Positions 42,908 to 52,332 of a stretch of DNA of 64,000 nt are shown in pieces. The notes beneath the pieces were generated by a model. It ran no database searches. It saw only the letters and a program-made list of their open reading frames with translations, and had not been told where the DNA came from. The stretch comes from an uncultured Nitrospiraceae bacterium (GTDB lineage Bacteria; Nitrospirota; Nitrospiria; Nitrospirales; Nitrospiraceae): positions 480,001-544,000 of the forward strand of contig CAVSTP010000002.1 in assembly GCA_963730935.1 (NCBI GenBank), in the 5' to 3' direction. Numbering within the stretch: the stretch's first letter is position 1; every line of letters begins with the position of its first letter. A program made the translations under genes and the position numbers.

Positions 42908-43426
42908 ATGAAATTTCCAGTAACCACCACTCCGGGACATCACGGGAAAAACCTGGAGATTGACCCGGACCGCGAAATCATTTCACTTCACAATGGCAAC
43001 GGAGCGGTACTTGGGGCGGTGTCGTGGGGCGATGTCATCGAGCGCATCGTCAATGCTGACGATGATGTCCGCTTCGCACATGCACGGGCGCATGCGCGCG
43101 CCCCATTGGCGGTAAAAGTCAAATATACGACGCCGGAGGGCAAGCAGTTTGACAGCCTGACGGGCGGAATCGGCGGCGGTGGACTCTTCATCGAGAGCAG
43201 CCAGCCCTTGGCGCCGGGCACCGAACTCGCCGTTGAGTTCGCACTTCCGGATCGGCCGTGGGAAAAGCACAAAGCCAAAGCTAAAGTGGCCTGGACTCGA
43301 AATAAGCCCGAACGCTTTCTCCTCTTTCCCGGGATGGGAATTCAATTTACCGAAATCGAGGAAAAGTCTCGCCACGACCTCGTTGAACTGGTTTCCGCGC
43401 TCAATCGTTCGCGCGTAACGCCTTGA
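42908..43426 (+). CDS. PilZ-domain protein (TIGR02266-like), paralogue 2
   Basis: RAHAR motif, GGLFIES, KVAW, PGMGIQF. Confidence 0.85.
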   Translation: MKFPVTTTPGHHGKNLEIDPDREIISLHNGNGAVLGAVSWGDVIERIVNADDDVRFAHARAHARAPLAVKVKYTTPEGKQFDSLTGGIGGGGLFIESSQPLAPGTELAVEFALPDRPWEKHKAKAKVAWTRNKPERFLLFPGMGIQFTEIEEKSRHDLVELVSALNRSRVTP

Positions 43427-44186
43427 GCTCAGCCTCCATCCATCGACGAACCACCTGATCCGTTTCCTTCTCGAGCGCCGTCCATAACAGCGGACGCGTG
43501 TCCTGCCCGCTCAACTCACCCAGGTGATACGCGGCTTCCGTCCGGACGGCAGGGGACGGATCATGGACAAGGCGCTTCGAAAGCGCCGCCGTGACTCGCG
43601 CGTCGCCTGAGAGCCCCAAAGCCGAGACGGCTCCCTGTCGGACCTCTGCATCAGGATCGTCCAGGAGTGGCAGCAGCCACTCGATCACCTGCCCGGTATC
43701 CAGCGATATGAGAGCACGAACGGCAGCACGCCTGATTTGAACGTCGGATGCCCGAAGCAAATGGGCCACCGGCGCGAGTTGAAGGGGTGATGGTTCGATC
43801 TCGCCGATGGCGAGCGCCGCGGCATGCCGAACTCTGTCGTCGGAGTCGTTGAGCAAGCGCGCGAGCCCGACAATCACGGCTCCGTCGTCAGGTGTCGCCA
43901 CACGGCCTAACGCCTGGGCAGTTGCCGCGCGGACTGCCGGCACAGGGTCGGTCAACAACGGTAAGACGGCTGGCAGCGCTGATCGATCGCCGATTTTTCC
44001 CAGCGATTCTACCGCCGTCCTGCGGGTGTCAGGCTGTTCATCCTGTAGCAGCGTGAGTAAGACCACGACCGCGCGCTCGACGGAAGGTGCTTTCGAGTCT
44101 TGTAGACAGCTAAGTTGCGCGGTGCAGGCGATGAGAATGGAGAGAGAAAGAGATGTCGACAGGAAGCGCTGGCCCCACTTTGGCAT
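43401..44186 (-). CDS. HEAT/PBS-repeat protein, probably exported
   Basis: Repeated DP..VR.AA..ALG units; hydrophobic N-terminus with LIAC. Confidence 0.85.
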   Translation of the reverse strand: MPKWGQRFLSTSLSLSILIACTAQLSCLQDSKAPSVERAVVVLLTLLQDEQPDTRRTAVESLGKIGDRSALPAVLPLLTDPVPAVRAATAQALGRVATPDDGAVIVGLARLLNDSDDRVRHAAALAIGEIEPSPLQLAPVAHLLRASDVQIRRAAVRALISLDTGQVIEWLLPLLDDPDAEVRQGAVSALGLSGDARVTAALSKRLVHDPSPAVRTEAAYHLGELSGQDTRPLLWTALEKETDQVVRRWMEAELKALRAND

Positions 44187-44188
44187 CT

Positions 44189-44983
44189 CTAGGCCGGCTT
44201 CGGTGGATCTTCCTGGACGGCGGGCATTTCGCGGGCCGCTTCGATCGATTGTTGAATCTCTTTCTGCGCCGCATCCATTTCAGCCTGGATGGTACGCATT
44301 TCAGGATCGACCGAGTTCCGCACGTCTGCCACTGCCTGCTTGAACGTACGCAGCGCGTCTCCGAGTCCCTCTCCCAGGTGTTGCATATCGGCCGGTGAGA
44401 CCCCGCCACCGGACTGCGCGGACTTGGACTTCAACGCCGCCTGCTGCGCCTGAACGCGCGCCACGGCATCCTTGTTCACAATGGCCGATGGCCGTTTCGC
44501 TTGAGGCTTCGATTGCGCGCCTGGAGGGAGAGGAGGATATTGGCCCCGCATCATCGGCGTCGGAGCCGCCGCCCGCTCTTCCATGGTCGGCGGCGCCTGT
44601 CCGGCGGCACTCGCGGCTGGAGACGTTCGTGGGCGTGGAGGCTGAGGCGCCTGAGGACCCATGTTATGCAGCGAAGCGGCCGTCGTCCCCGGGGTCATTT
44701 CCGGCCCGGGGGTATAGGGCGACGTCGGTGTCGGAGCGGCCGGAGGAGCAGTCGGCAGAGCGGCGGCCGGAGCCACACTGGCGTGTTGTACCGAGGCGGG
44801 CAGTGGGAGCGACGCCTCTGGCTGTGGAGCCTCAGGAGGAGGAATGTCGTGCACTTCTTTCTTGAATCCCTTCAGTGCCTTGCCGACTCCTTCCCCTATC
44901 TGAGGCAATTTCCCCGCACCGAAGATAATGAGCACGATGACGAGAATGATGATCAGTTCTGAAATGCCCATTGTCCCGAACAT
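44189..44983 (-). CDS. tatA: extended TatA/E-family twin-arginine translocase subunit
   Basis: MGISELIIILVIVLIIFGAGKLPQIGEGVGKALKGFKK followed by a ~220-aa extension. Confidence 0.85.
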   Translation of the reverse strand: MFGTMGISELIIILVIVLIIFGAGKLPQIGEGVGKALKGFKKEVHDIPPPEAPQPEASLPLPASVQHASVAPAAALPTAPPAAPTPTSPYTPGPEMTPGTTAASLHNMGPQAPQPPRPRTSPAASAAGQAPPTMEERAAAPTPMMRGQYPPLPPGAQSKPQAKRPSAIVNKDAVARVQAQQAALKSKSAQSGGGVSPADMQHLGEGLGDALRTFKQAVADVRNSVDPEMRTIQAEMDAAQKEIQQSIEAAREMPAVQEDPPKPA

Positions 44984-45097
44984 GGTCTAATTCCTTTGTC
45001 GGAAAAGCCTTTTCAGTCGTCTGCCTGGCAGTCAAGGCCAGCAGTCACTCTATAGGCCTGTTCACGGAACTGTCAAGGAATGGATGGCCCCGGAGGA

Positions 45098-46306
45098 CTA
45101 GAGCAAAGGCCCGAGTTCGCTCTGAAGTGGTAACCCGAACACGAGCGCGTCGCGCTCCGTCAGGAAGACATCCAGCTCGCTTCGAATGCCGAACTCTCCC
45201 GGGAGATAGATGCCGGGTTCGATCGAAAAGCACGTACGAGGCATGAGACGTCTGGAGTCTTGTGTTTCAAGTCCGTCGATATTGGCTCCGTTGCCGTGGA
45301 CCTCCTCGCCGATCGAATGGCCGGTCCGATGGACGAACTGAGCACCGTAGCCGGCCGCCTCGATCACGCCGCGGCAGGCTGCATCGACTTCGTAACCGAA
45401 GGGACGCTGCCCCGCTTGCATTTGGGCGCGTACGAACTCGAGGGCGGCCTCACGACCCTGCCTGACGATGCCGAACACCGTTCGATGCTTCTCGGGCACT
45501 GTCGCACCGGCATAGGCAGTCCAGGTGATGTCGGCATACACCGAACCGGCGGCGGCCTGTTTCGCCCAGAGATCAATCAGCACCAAATCATCCCGTGTGA
45601 TGGTCGAAGAACCAGTCGCCGCCGGAGCGTAGTGCGGATCCGCGCTGTGTTCGTTCACGGCGGCGATCGGAGCACTGGATGTGATCATGCCGGCGTCACT
45701 GATGCGGGACAGAATGAATTGTTGCAATCCGTACTCCGTCAAACCCTGACCCTTGCCGACAGCTTCGCGGACGCGATCGAACGCCTCATCGACGATGCGT
45801 CTCAGCGCTGCGGCGGCATATTGATGCGAGTCCAACTGCCGATCGGTCCAGCGCGCTTCGAACAGCTGGATCAGATCCCCCGAGCTCATCACTTCCACTC
45901 CAAAGCTCCTTACCAATTCCATGGTGCCGGCATCCACACGGGAGACATACGGCACGGCGTTCATCGGGGAGTACTGCATGGCGATGCGACGGCTCCCAGT
46001 CAAGAGGCGTCCCAGAAGTTCCCGTTGTTGGTCCCAGGAGACGTAGGCGTTCGAATGGCCCGGGAGCAGATCCAGCACATGAGGCTCAATACGATGCAGC
46101 AATTTTTGGGGAGACGCTTGAGCGGGAATCCAATAATACCAGCGCCTGGTCACATGTATTTGCGGGTCGAGCAGGAGCACGCGGTATGCGAGAGGATCGC
46201 TGCCTCGGAAATCGTAAAACAGCCAGCCGTCGAGCGTGTGCTCGCGCAGAACCCGTTGGATCTCGAGCACTCTCGTTTCGTGTGCCGTGCTGTGCATGAA
46301 CGGCAT
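45098..46306 (-). CDS. Xaa-Pro aminopeptidase family (M24)
   Basis: LIDLWAK, ADITW, HRTGHSIG, SIEPGIY, GIRSE; start uncertain (46306 or 46297). Confidence 0.9.
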   Translation of the reverse strand: MPFMHSTAHETRVLEIQRVLREHTLDGWLFYDFRGSDPLAYRVLLLDPQIHVTRRWYYWIPAQASPQKLLHRIEPHVLDLLPGHSNAYVSWDQQRELLGRLLTGSRRIAMQYSPMNAVPYVSRVDAGTMELVRSFGVEVMSSGDLIQLFEARWTDRQLDSHQYAAAALRRIVDEAFDRVREAVGKGQGLTEYGLQQFILSRISDAGMITSSAPIAAVNEHSADPHYAPAATGSSTITRDDLVLIDLWAKQAAAGSVYADITWTAYAGATVPEKHRTVFGIVRQGREAALEFVRAQMQAGQRPFGYEVDAACRGVIEAAGYGAQFVHRTGHSIGEEVHGNGANIDGLETQDSRRLMPRTCFSIEPGIYLPGEFGIRSELDVFLTERDALVFGLPLQSELGPLL

Positions 46307-46379
46307 CTTATCGTCGCCGTTCCCGGTGGTCAACGAACCGCAGGCGGCAAGACACCGCATACGTGGTACAATGCCTCCC

Positions 46380-46841
46380 ATGACGATAGACTCTGCATCC
46401 GATCTGTCGCAGTTCCGTGTGACACTGTTCGTCGGCCCGCAACAGGTGCAGGGGAAACCCTTCACTTACTCGACGGTCTATAACGTGAAAAAGCGCAGCT
46501 GGAAGGGCGGGATCCAGGTGGCGGTGGAATTGAGCCAGACACAGGTCGACCAACTCAGCGGTGCCGTCGGCTTCTCGCAATGGTTGGAAACGGCCCTCAC
46601 CGTGGTTCCCGCGGAAGAGTGTGCCTCTTATAATGATCGGGCACAGGAACTGCTGGTTCAAGCCCTCGCATGGTGCAAGCTGGATCTGTTGTTGCAATCC
46701 GGCATCACTCAGCAGAATCAATGTCTCACCGCCGACACATTCGTTGCCGAATTAAACGGAATTGCCCTGAAAAAGCAGGACTTCATCTTCTCCCATGTCG
46801 CGTCAGAACTGGATCTTCTCCCACATAATCCACGCTGTTAA
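46380..46841 (+). CDS. hypothetical protein
   Basis: Compact ORF divergent from the M24 peptidase (YNVKKRSWKGGIQV). Confidence 0.7.
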   Translation: MTIDSASDLSQFRVTLFVGPQQVQGKPFTYSTVYNVKKRSWKGGIQVAVELSQTQVDQLSGAVGFSQWLETALTVVPAEECASYNDRAQELLVQALAWCKLDLLLQSGITQQNQCLTADTFVAELNGIALKKQDFIFSHVASELDLLPHNPRC

Positions 46842-46979
46842 ATGTCCCATCCCGGTTCGTGGTAGGGGGTTTGCAAGCACGGTCGAATTTGTTATAACGC
46901 CACATCGCGCGGCGTCCGGTATGCCGTGCAGGATTTCAGCGGGTACGGCCCGGCTCACTTTGTAGAAGGAGGACCCTCC

Positions 46980-47435
46980 GTGAAATTACACCTGCTCACA
47001 TCGACGGGTTTTGCAGCTGCATCCCGACTCGTCGCCATCAGTCTTGTGGTCGCTCTCTGCACCGTGCTGACGGTGCCCTCGGCTTGGAGCCAGGAGCCCG
47101 TCGCGCCCGCCTCGAGCGACAGCACGGAAGGCGGAAGCGCATCCAGCGCGGGCATGGGCGCCGCAGCCGGCTTATCGACGTTGCTGTATCTTCCCTTGAA
47201 GGCGGCCTTTGCGATTGGCGGAGGCGTCGTCGGTGGTTTGGCCTATGCGTTCTCCGGTGGGAACGAGACCGCCGCGAAGAGTATCTGGACGACCAGCATG
47301 TACGGCACGTACATCATCACGCCCGAACACCTGCGTGGAGATAGGCCCATTCGTTTTCTCGGCGTCCCTGAAACTGATACCTCGGCTACGGCCATCGCCC
47401 CCCTGGAGCCTGCGCCCATGGAACCCGTTCGCTGA
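46980..47435 (+). CDS. hypothetical exported/membrane protein
   Basis: RBS AGGAGG with GTG start; signal peptide; Gly/Ala-rich hydrophobic segment. Confidence 0.75.
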   Translation: MKLHLLTSTGFAAASRLVAISLVVALCTVLTVPSAWSQEPVAPASSDSTEGGSASSAGMGAAAGLSTLLYLPLKAAFAIGGGVVGGLAYAFSGGNETAAKSIWTTSMYGTYIITPEHLRGDRPIRFLGVPETDTSATAIAPLEPAPMEPVR

Positions 47436-47438
47436 ACG

Positions 47439-48179
47439 ATGAAACCGCTCATCGGCGTGACACCAGACTTCAACGCCGGTGACCGAAAAGAATGGGGCGG
47501 GCGAGAACCCACCTACTTTCTGCGCGCACGTTATATCCGTGCGATCGAAGACCTGGGTGGTATCCCTATCGTGCTTCCGCTGGTCGCGGATCTGGCTGCT
47601 CGTCGCCGTCTGCTGACCTCTATTGATGGCCTCCTGCTGACCGGCAGCGGTCCAGATCTCGCGCCGGAGCTCTACGGCGAACGCCAGCGGTACAAGTTTC
47701 GCGTGATGAGCCAGCGCCGCGCCACCTTCGAGCTCGAGATGGCGCAGTTGGCCAGAACGGCTGATCTGCCCCTGTTGGGCATCTGCGGAGGGATGCAGGC
47801 GCTCAACGTGGCATTCGGCGGCAGCCTGTATCAAGACATCGGATCGCAGCGGCCTCATCCGCTTCAACACCGCCAATCGGCTCCAGCGACGCAGCTCAGT
47901 CATCCGGTCAAGATCACTCAGAAAAGCCTTCTGCATCGGATCGTCAAGACCGGGACCATGCGCGTCAACAGCTCCCATCATCAATCGGTCAAGGATGTCG
48001 CCCCGTCGCTCCAGGCCAGTGCACGGGCCCCGGACGGCATCATCGAAGCCATTGAATCCTCCGCCCAGCGGTTCCTGCTCGGCATCCAATGGCACCCGGA
48101 ATTTCTCTTCGACCGTCACCATCGCCATCGCCGGCTGTTCGAGGCCTTCCTCGAAGCAGCCAGGCGCCGAGGACGCTGA
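47439..48179 (+). CDS. gamma-glutamyl-gamma-aminobutyrate hydrolase family (peptidase C26, PuuD-like)
   Basis: KPLIG, GLLLTGSG, LGICGGMQ, NSSHHQ, QWHPE. Confidence 0.92.
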   Translation: MKPLIGVTPDFNAGDRKEWGGREPTYFLRARYIRAIEDLGGIPIVLPLVADLAARRRLLTSIDGLLLTGSGPDLAPELYGERQRYKFRVMSQRRATFELEMAQLARTADLPLLGICGGMQALNVAFGGSLYQDIGSQRPHPLQHRQSAPATQLSHPVKITQKSLLHRIVKTGTMRVNSSHHQSVKDVAPSLQASARAPDGIIEAIESSAQRFLLGIQWHPEFLFDRHHRHRRLFEAFLEAARRRGR

Positions 48180-48231
48180 TGTCGCCCGCGTTCAATGCAT
48201 ACCTCCACCCGCCTGCTATACTTGAAACAAT

Positions 48232-49731
48232 ATGGACCGTGACGATGTCCTCAGCCGGCCATCCCTGGCCCCACCCGCCGACGTTCGAGGCTCGGTGATC
48301 ACTCATCTGTTTCGAATCAAGCCGATCGAACAGATTCTTGCCGACGCCGACCTCCCGACCCACCGGCTCAAGAAATCCCTGACGGCCTGGGATCTGACGT
48401 GCCTCGGTATCGGCGCCATCATTGGAACCGGAATCTTTGTGTTGATCGGAACGGCCATTGTCGGTGATGCCCATCGGCCCGGCGCGGGTCCCGGCATCGT
48501 CCTGTCATTCATCTTGTCGGGATTGACCTGTGCGCTCGCCGCCCTCTGCTACGCAGAAATGTCGGCAATGATCCCGGTCGCCGGCAGCGCATATACCTTT
48601 TCCTATGCCACGCTTGGAGAGCTACTGGCCTGGCTGACCGGCTGGAATCTGATTCTCGAGTATGGAGTCGCCTGTGTGGCAGTGGCGATCGGCTGGTCCG
48701 GCTATTTCAACAATCTGTTGCAGTTGGCAGGCATCGACCTACCGGTCTGGGCGACTAGGGCTCCAGGAGGCCCGGAGGGAGGTATAGCCAACATTCCCGC
48801 GGCGCTGATTGTACTTCTCGTGACCATCATCCTCGTCGTCGGTATCAAAGAAAGCGCGAGGGCGACCGGTGTGGTTGTTCTGATCAAGCTTGCCGTGATC
48901 CTGTTTTTCATCGCGATCGGCAGTACGTCCATTGATCCCGCCAATTGGACGCCATTCATGCCGCAGGGGTTCGCGGGAGTCGGCGCAGCGGCAGCCATCG
49001 TGTTCTTTGCCTATATTGGCTTTGACGCTGTATCGACCGCCGCCGAGGAGGCCAAGAACCCCACCCGCGATGTCCCGATCGGCATTATCGCGTCGTTGAG
49101 CGTCTGCACCTTCCTCTATATCGCGGTGGCCGCCGTGCTCACCGGATTGATTCCGTCGTCGCAGATCGACATTCACGCGCCGGTGGCTGAAGCGCTGAGG
49201 CTGGTGGGATTTAAATGGGGAGCGGCGGTGATTGCGATCGGAGCGGTCGCCGGCATCACGAGCGTGCTGGTCGTCATGATGCTCGGCCAGATTCGCGTGT
49301 TCTTCGCTATGTCGCGGGATCAACTCTTAGGCACCTGGCTCTCGAAGGTCCATCCCCGGTTCGGCACACCGCACCGCGCCACGATCTTGACCGGCATCGC
49401 CGTGGCGATCCTGTCGGCATTCATTCCCATCGGAGAGGCCGCCGACATGACTAACATCGGCACCTTCTTCGCCTTTGTGTTGGTCTGTATTGGCGTGATC
49501 GTGCTGCGCTACACGAGGCCGGACCAACCTCGGCCGTTTCGTGTGCCATTCATGCCGCTCGTCCCGATTCTGGGAACAATGGCCTGTCTCGGGCTGATGT
49601 GGCAACTTCCTCAGCTGACGTGGCTCCGCTTCGGCGTCTGGACCATCATCGGTATCGTCATCTACCTGGCCTACGGCTTGAAGCACAGCAAATTGTCAGC
49701 GCAAGCCATTAAGCCTGCCTCTCAATCCTGA
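48232..49731 (+). CDS. APC-family amino acid permease
   Basis: GIGAIIGTGIF, GSAY, FFAYIGFDAV; about 13 TM segments; start may be GTG at 48295. Confidence 0.95.
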   Translation: MDRDDVLSRPSLAPPADVRGSVITHLFRIKPIEQILADADLPTHRLKKSLTAWDLTCLGIGAIIGTGIFVLIGTAIVGDAHRPGAGPGIVLSFILSGLTCALAALCYAEMSAMIPVAGSAYTFSYATLGELLAWLTGWNLILEYGVACVAVAIGWSGYFNNLLQLAGIDLPVWATRAPGGPEGGIANIPAALIVLLVTIILVVGIKESARATGVVVLIKLAVILFFIAIGSTSIDPANWTPFMPQGFAGVGAAAAIVFFAYIGFDAVSTAAEEAKNPTRDVPIGIIASLSVCTFLYIAVAAVLTGLIPSSQIDIHAPVAEALRLVGFKWGAAVIAIGAVAGITSVLVVMMLGQIRVFFAMSRDQLLGTWLSKVHPRFGTPHRATILTGIAVAILSAFIPIGEAADMTNIGTFFAFVLVCIGVIVLRYTRPDQPRPFRVPFMPLVPILGTMACLGLMWQLPQLTWLRFGVWTIIGIVIYLAYGLKHSKLSAQAIKPASQS

Positions 49732-49795
49732 GCTCCCTCTCCCACTCACATATCTCTGAGGCCGAGGAGGCGACGAGAACGTTTCCGTGACCGTC

Positions 49796-50209
49796 CTATG
49801 AATTGGATTCGTCCGTCGCTTGCTGGGAAGGAGCGGCTGCTGTTGGGGCCGAAGCGGACGCTGGTTTGGCATTCGAGGGTGCGCTGGGTGCCGCAGCGCC
49901 GGCCGGAGCGGCCGGCTTGGGAGCGGCAGGTGGTTTGGGAGGCGCAGGTTTCTCGGGTTTGATGCCGCCTTCCCAGGATGGACCCGAATACATGTCGGCT
50001 GAAAGCCCCTTGGCTTTCCATTTCTCCTCGAAGTCCGCCGCTGCCTTGTTGGGCGACTCGCCGATCCCTACCACCACATTCCAGGGGTAGACTTTCGGGC
50101 CGATCTGGCAGGAGCTATCGGATCGTTTCAGATACAGGGCAATAGGATTTCCCCGGTACGGGCCGAGGTAAATATGCACGGACCCGACGTATTCCAGTAA
50201 TGACGCCAT
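49796..50209 (-). CDS. hypothetical protein with Pro/Ala-rich tail
   Basis: RBS GGAGAGG; globular N-terminal part MASLLEYVGSVHIYLGPY. Confidence 0.75.
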   Translation of the reverse strand: MASLLEYVGSVHIYLGPYRGNPIALYLKRSDSSCQIGPKVYPWNVVVGIGESPNKAAADFEEKWKAKGLSADMYSGPSWEGGIKPEKPAPPKPPAAPKPAAPAGAAAPSAPSNAKPASASAPTAAAPSQQATDESNS

Positions 50210-50290
50210 GGCCTCTCCAGGGAGGGGCATGATGCCACAACCGGCAGGGGGAGGCAAGAAGGCGGCCTGTCTGGCTACCGCGGAGTCGTA

Positions 50291-50773
50291 CTAGGAAGAC
50301 ACGGCCAACGATTGAGCCGGACGTTTGCGTACGAGGAAGACGCCCACCACCAGGACCATGATGACCGTCACGTTCAAGCCGACGTCCATGAGGTATTGAT
50401 AAAACTGAGTTTCAGTCATGTTGAGCTGGTGGGAGAGCTCCGCACTGGCGGTGAGCACCCGCCTGGTGCAGGCGATGATGCCAACCGCCAGGTAGGGTTC
50501 CAAGTCGAGCACTTCAGTCTGCAGGAACCGGATGACGGTTCTGAACAGCTCGAGCAAAATGATTACGAGCAGCAGGTCGTTCAAGAGCTTCAAGCCGGAA
50601 GGCAGAAGCCCGGCGACACCCGCCTTCGTCATGAAGACGTACCAGGCATGGGCGAAGATGAGCATGCCGAGCACGAGTAGACTGAAGCCTGCCGTCAGAT
50701 AACCGAGCCGGTCGAGCCACTCCATCACGCCGCACCAGCGCTTCATCACTTCCTTACGGTCCTGCATGGGCAC
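50291..50773 (-). CDS. PsiE (phosphate-starvation-inducible E) family membrane protein
   Basis: LLLVIILLELFRT, EPYLAVGIIACTRRVL. Confidence 0.85.
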   Translation of the reverse strand: MPMQDRKEVMKRWCGVMEWLDRLGYLTAGFSLLVLGMLIFAHAWYVFMTKAGVAGLLPSGLKLLNDLLLVIILLELFRTVIRFLQTEVLDLEPYLAVGIIACTRRVLTASAELSHQLNMTETQFYQYLMDVGLNVTVIMVLVVGVFLVRKRPAQSLAVSS

Positions 50774-50787
50774 CTCCGTGAGATGGA

Positions 50788-51174
50788 CTATGCATTCCCT
50801 TCCGGCGCGTTCGGCGGCGGCTCCGATCCTCTCATTTGGTCATAGCGCAGCTCTCGCTTAGAACTGAGCGTCAACGAATGGCCGCAGCATCGAATCTCTT
50901 TGAAGCCAGCCCCGCCGTCCATGATCATGACCCGCAGGCCGCATGAGTCCGGGTACAGTTTCTTTTCGTCGAGAATCATGGCCGCAGGAAGCTGGCCGCG
51001 CTTTCGCCCTTTTGACGTGATCAGCGAGGGGACAAGATCCGTCTCGGTCAATTCATGGTCACAGCAGATGATTTTCTCGAACCCTTCGCCGCCGCCCATG
51101 ACTTTGAGGACGAGCCCGCAGGACTCGGGATGCTGTTTGCGTTCGTCGATGACATCGCCTTTTTTGAGACCCAT
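50788..51174 (-). CDS. tandem desulforedoxin-like domain protein (C-x17-CC twice)
   Basis: SCGLVLKVMGGGEGFEKIICC and SCGLRVMIMDGGAGFKEIRCC; ATG at 51174 avoids overlap with nagZ. Confidence 0.7.
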   Translation of the reverse strand: MGLKKGDVIDERKQHPESCGLVLKVMGGGEGFEKIICCDHELTETDLVPSLITSKGRKRGQLPAAMILDEKKLYPDSCGLRVMIMDGGAGFKEIRCCGHSLTLSSKRELRYDQMRGSEPPPNAPEGNA

Positions 51175-51203
51175 GAGCACCGACTCGCTGTTCGGGTTGA
51201 CGG

Positions 51204-52331
51204 CTAGACGACCTTCGCTGTGGATTTCCTCTCCATGCGGAGATTCGCCTGCCGGATGCTCTGCAACAGCGCTTGGTGCGTCCGGCACCCGGCGATCACC
51301 TTCGCGTCGGAGATCACCGCCGGCCGATACGGCAGGAGATAGCGCTGCTTGATCCGCTGGATGCGTGCCACTGACTGATCCAGCCGCGACGTGTCGATCG
51401 TCCCTGACGCAACGGCCTTCTCCATTGCCTCGAACGCGGCAATCTCTCGGTCGCGCTCTTTGCAGATCAAGAGCATGTCACAACCCGCCAGAAACGCCCG
51501 CACCGCTGCCTCCCCAGGTCCATAATGGTCGACGATCGCGTGCATCTCGAGATCGTCCGTGAGCACAACCCCGTCGTAGCCCATCTGTTTGCGTAGGAGG
51601 TGTGTGATGACGTTGGGAGAGAGGGTTGCGGGAAGCTGGTCATCCAGCGACTTGTAGAGGACATGGGCCGTCATCAGCGCCGCAATGCCTGCCGTGGCGG
51701 CACGGCGGAACGGAGGAAACTCAACGACTTCCAACCGCTCTCGGGGCGCCTCAACCACCGGCAGCTCTTTGTGCGAGTCGGCGTTCGTGTCGCCATGGCC
51801 TGGGAAATGTTTGCCGCAGGCCACAACCCTGGAATCTTGAAGCCCGGCAGCGGTGACCAATCCCATTTCGATCACGGTGTCGGCCGAGGAGCCGAAGGCC
51901 CGGTCGCCGATGACGGGATTGTCGGGATTGCTGTTGACGTCCAACACCGGCGCCATGTTCATATTGATGCCGACGGCTCTCAGCTCTTTGGCAATCGTCG
52001 CGGCAGCCGCATAGGCCAGCTCGCCGGAATGGCATTGGCCGATGAGTTCGCCGGGAGGGAAAATGGTAAAGCCCTTGGGCAGGCGCGAGACCCGACCACC
52101 TTCCTGATCGATCGAAATCAACAAGGGTGATTTCGAACTGCATTGCTGGAGGTCGTTCGTCAGCTGGACAATCTGCTCGACCGATTCTAGATTCCTCGAG
52201 AAGAGAATGACGCCGCCCGGCTTGTAATCCTTGAGGAAAGCGGCCAGATCCGGGGTCACGTTCGTACCCAGGAAGCCGACCATGAAGAGCTGCCCGATCT
52301 TCTCGCGTGACGTCAGTTCGAGACGCGCCAC
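51204..52331 (-). CDS. nagZ: beta-N-acetylhexosaminidase (GH3)
   Basis: IDQEGGRVSRL, KHFPGHG.T.ADSH, TDDLEM. Confidence 0.94.
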   Translation of the reverse strand: MARLELTSREKIGQLFMVGFLGTNVTPDLAAFLKDYKPGGVILFSRNLESVEQIVQLTNDLQQCSSKSPLLISIDQEGGRVSRLPKGFTIFPPGELIGQCHSGELAYAAAATIAKELRAVGINMNMAPVLDVNSNPDNPVIGDRAFGSSADTVIEMGLVTAAGLQDSRVVACGKHFPGHGDTNADSHKELPVVEAPRERLEVVEFPPFRRAATAGIAALMTAHVLYKSLDDQLPATLSPNVITHLLRKQMGYDGVVLTDDLEMHAIVDHYGPGEAAVRAFLAGCDMLLICKERDREIAAFEAMEKAVASGTIDTSRLDQSVARIQRIKQRYLLPYRPAVISDAKVIAGCRTHQALLQSIRQANLRMERKSTAKVV

Positions 52332-52332
52332 G

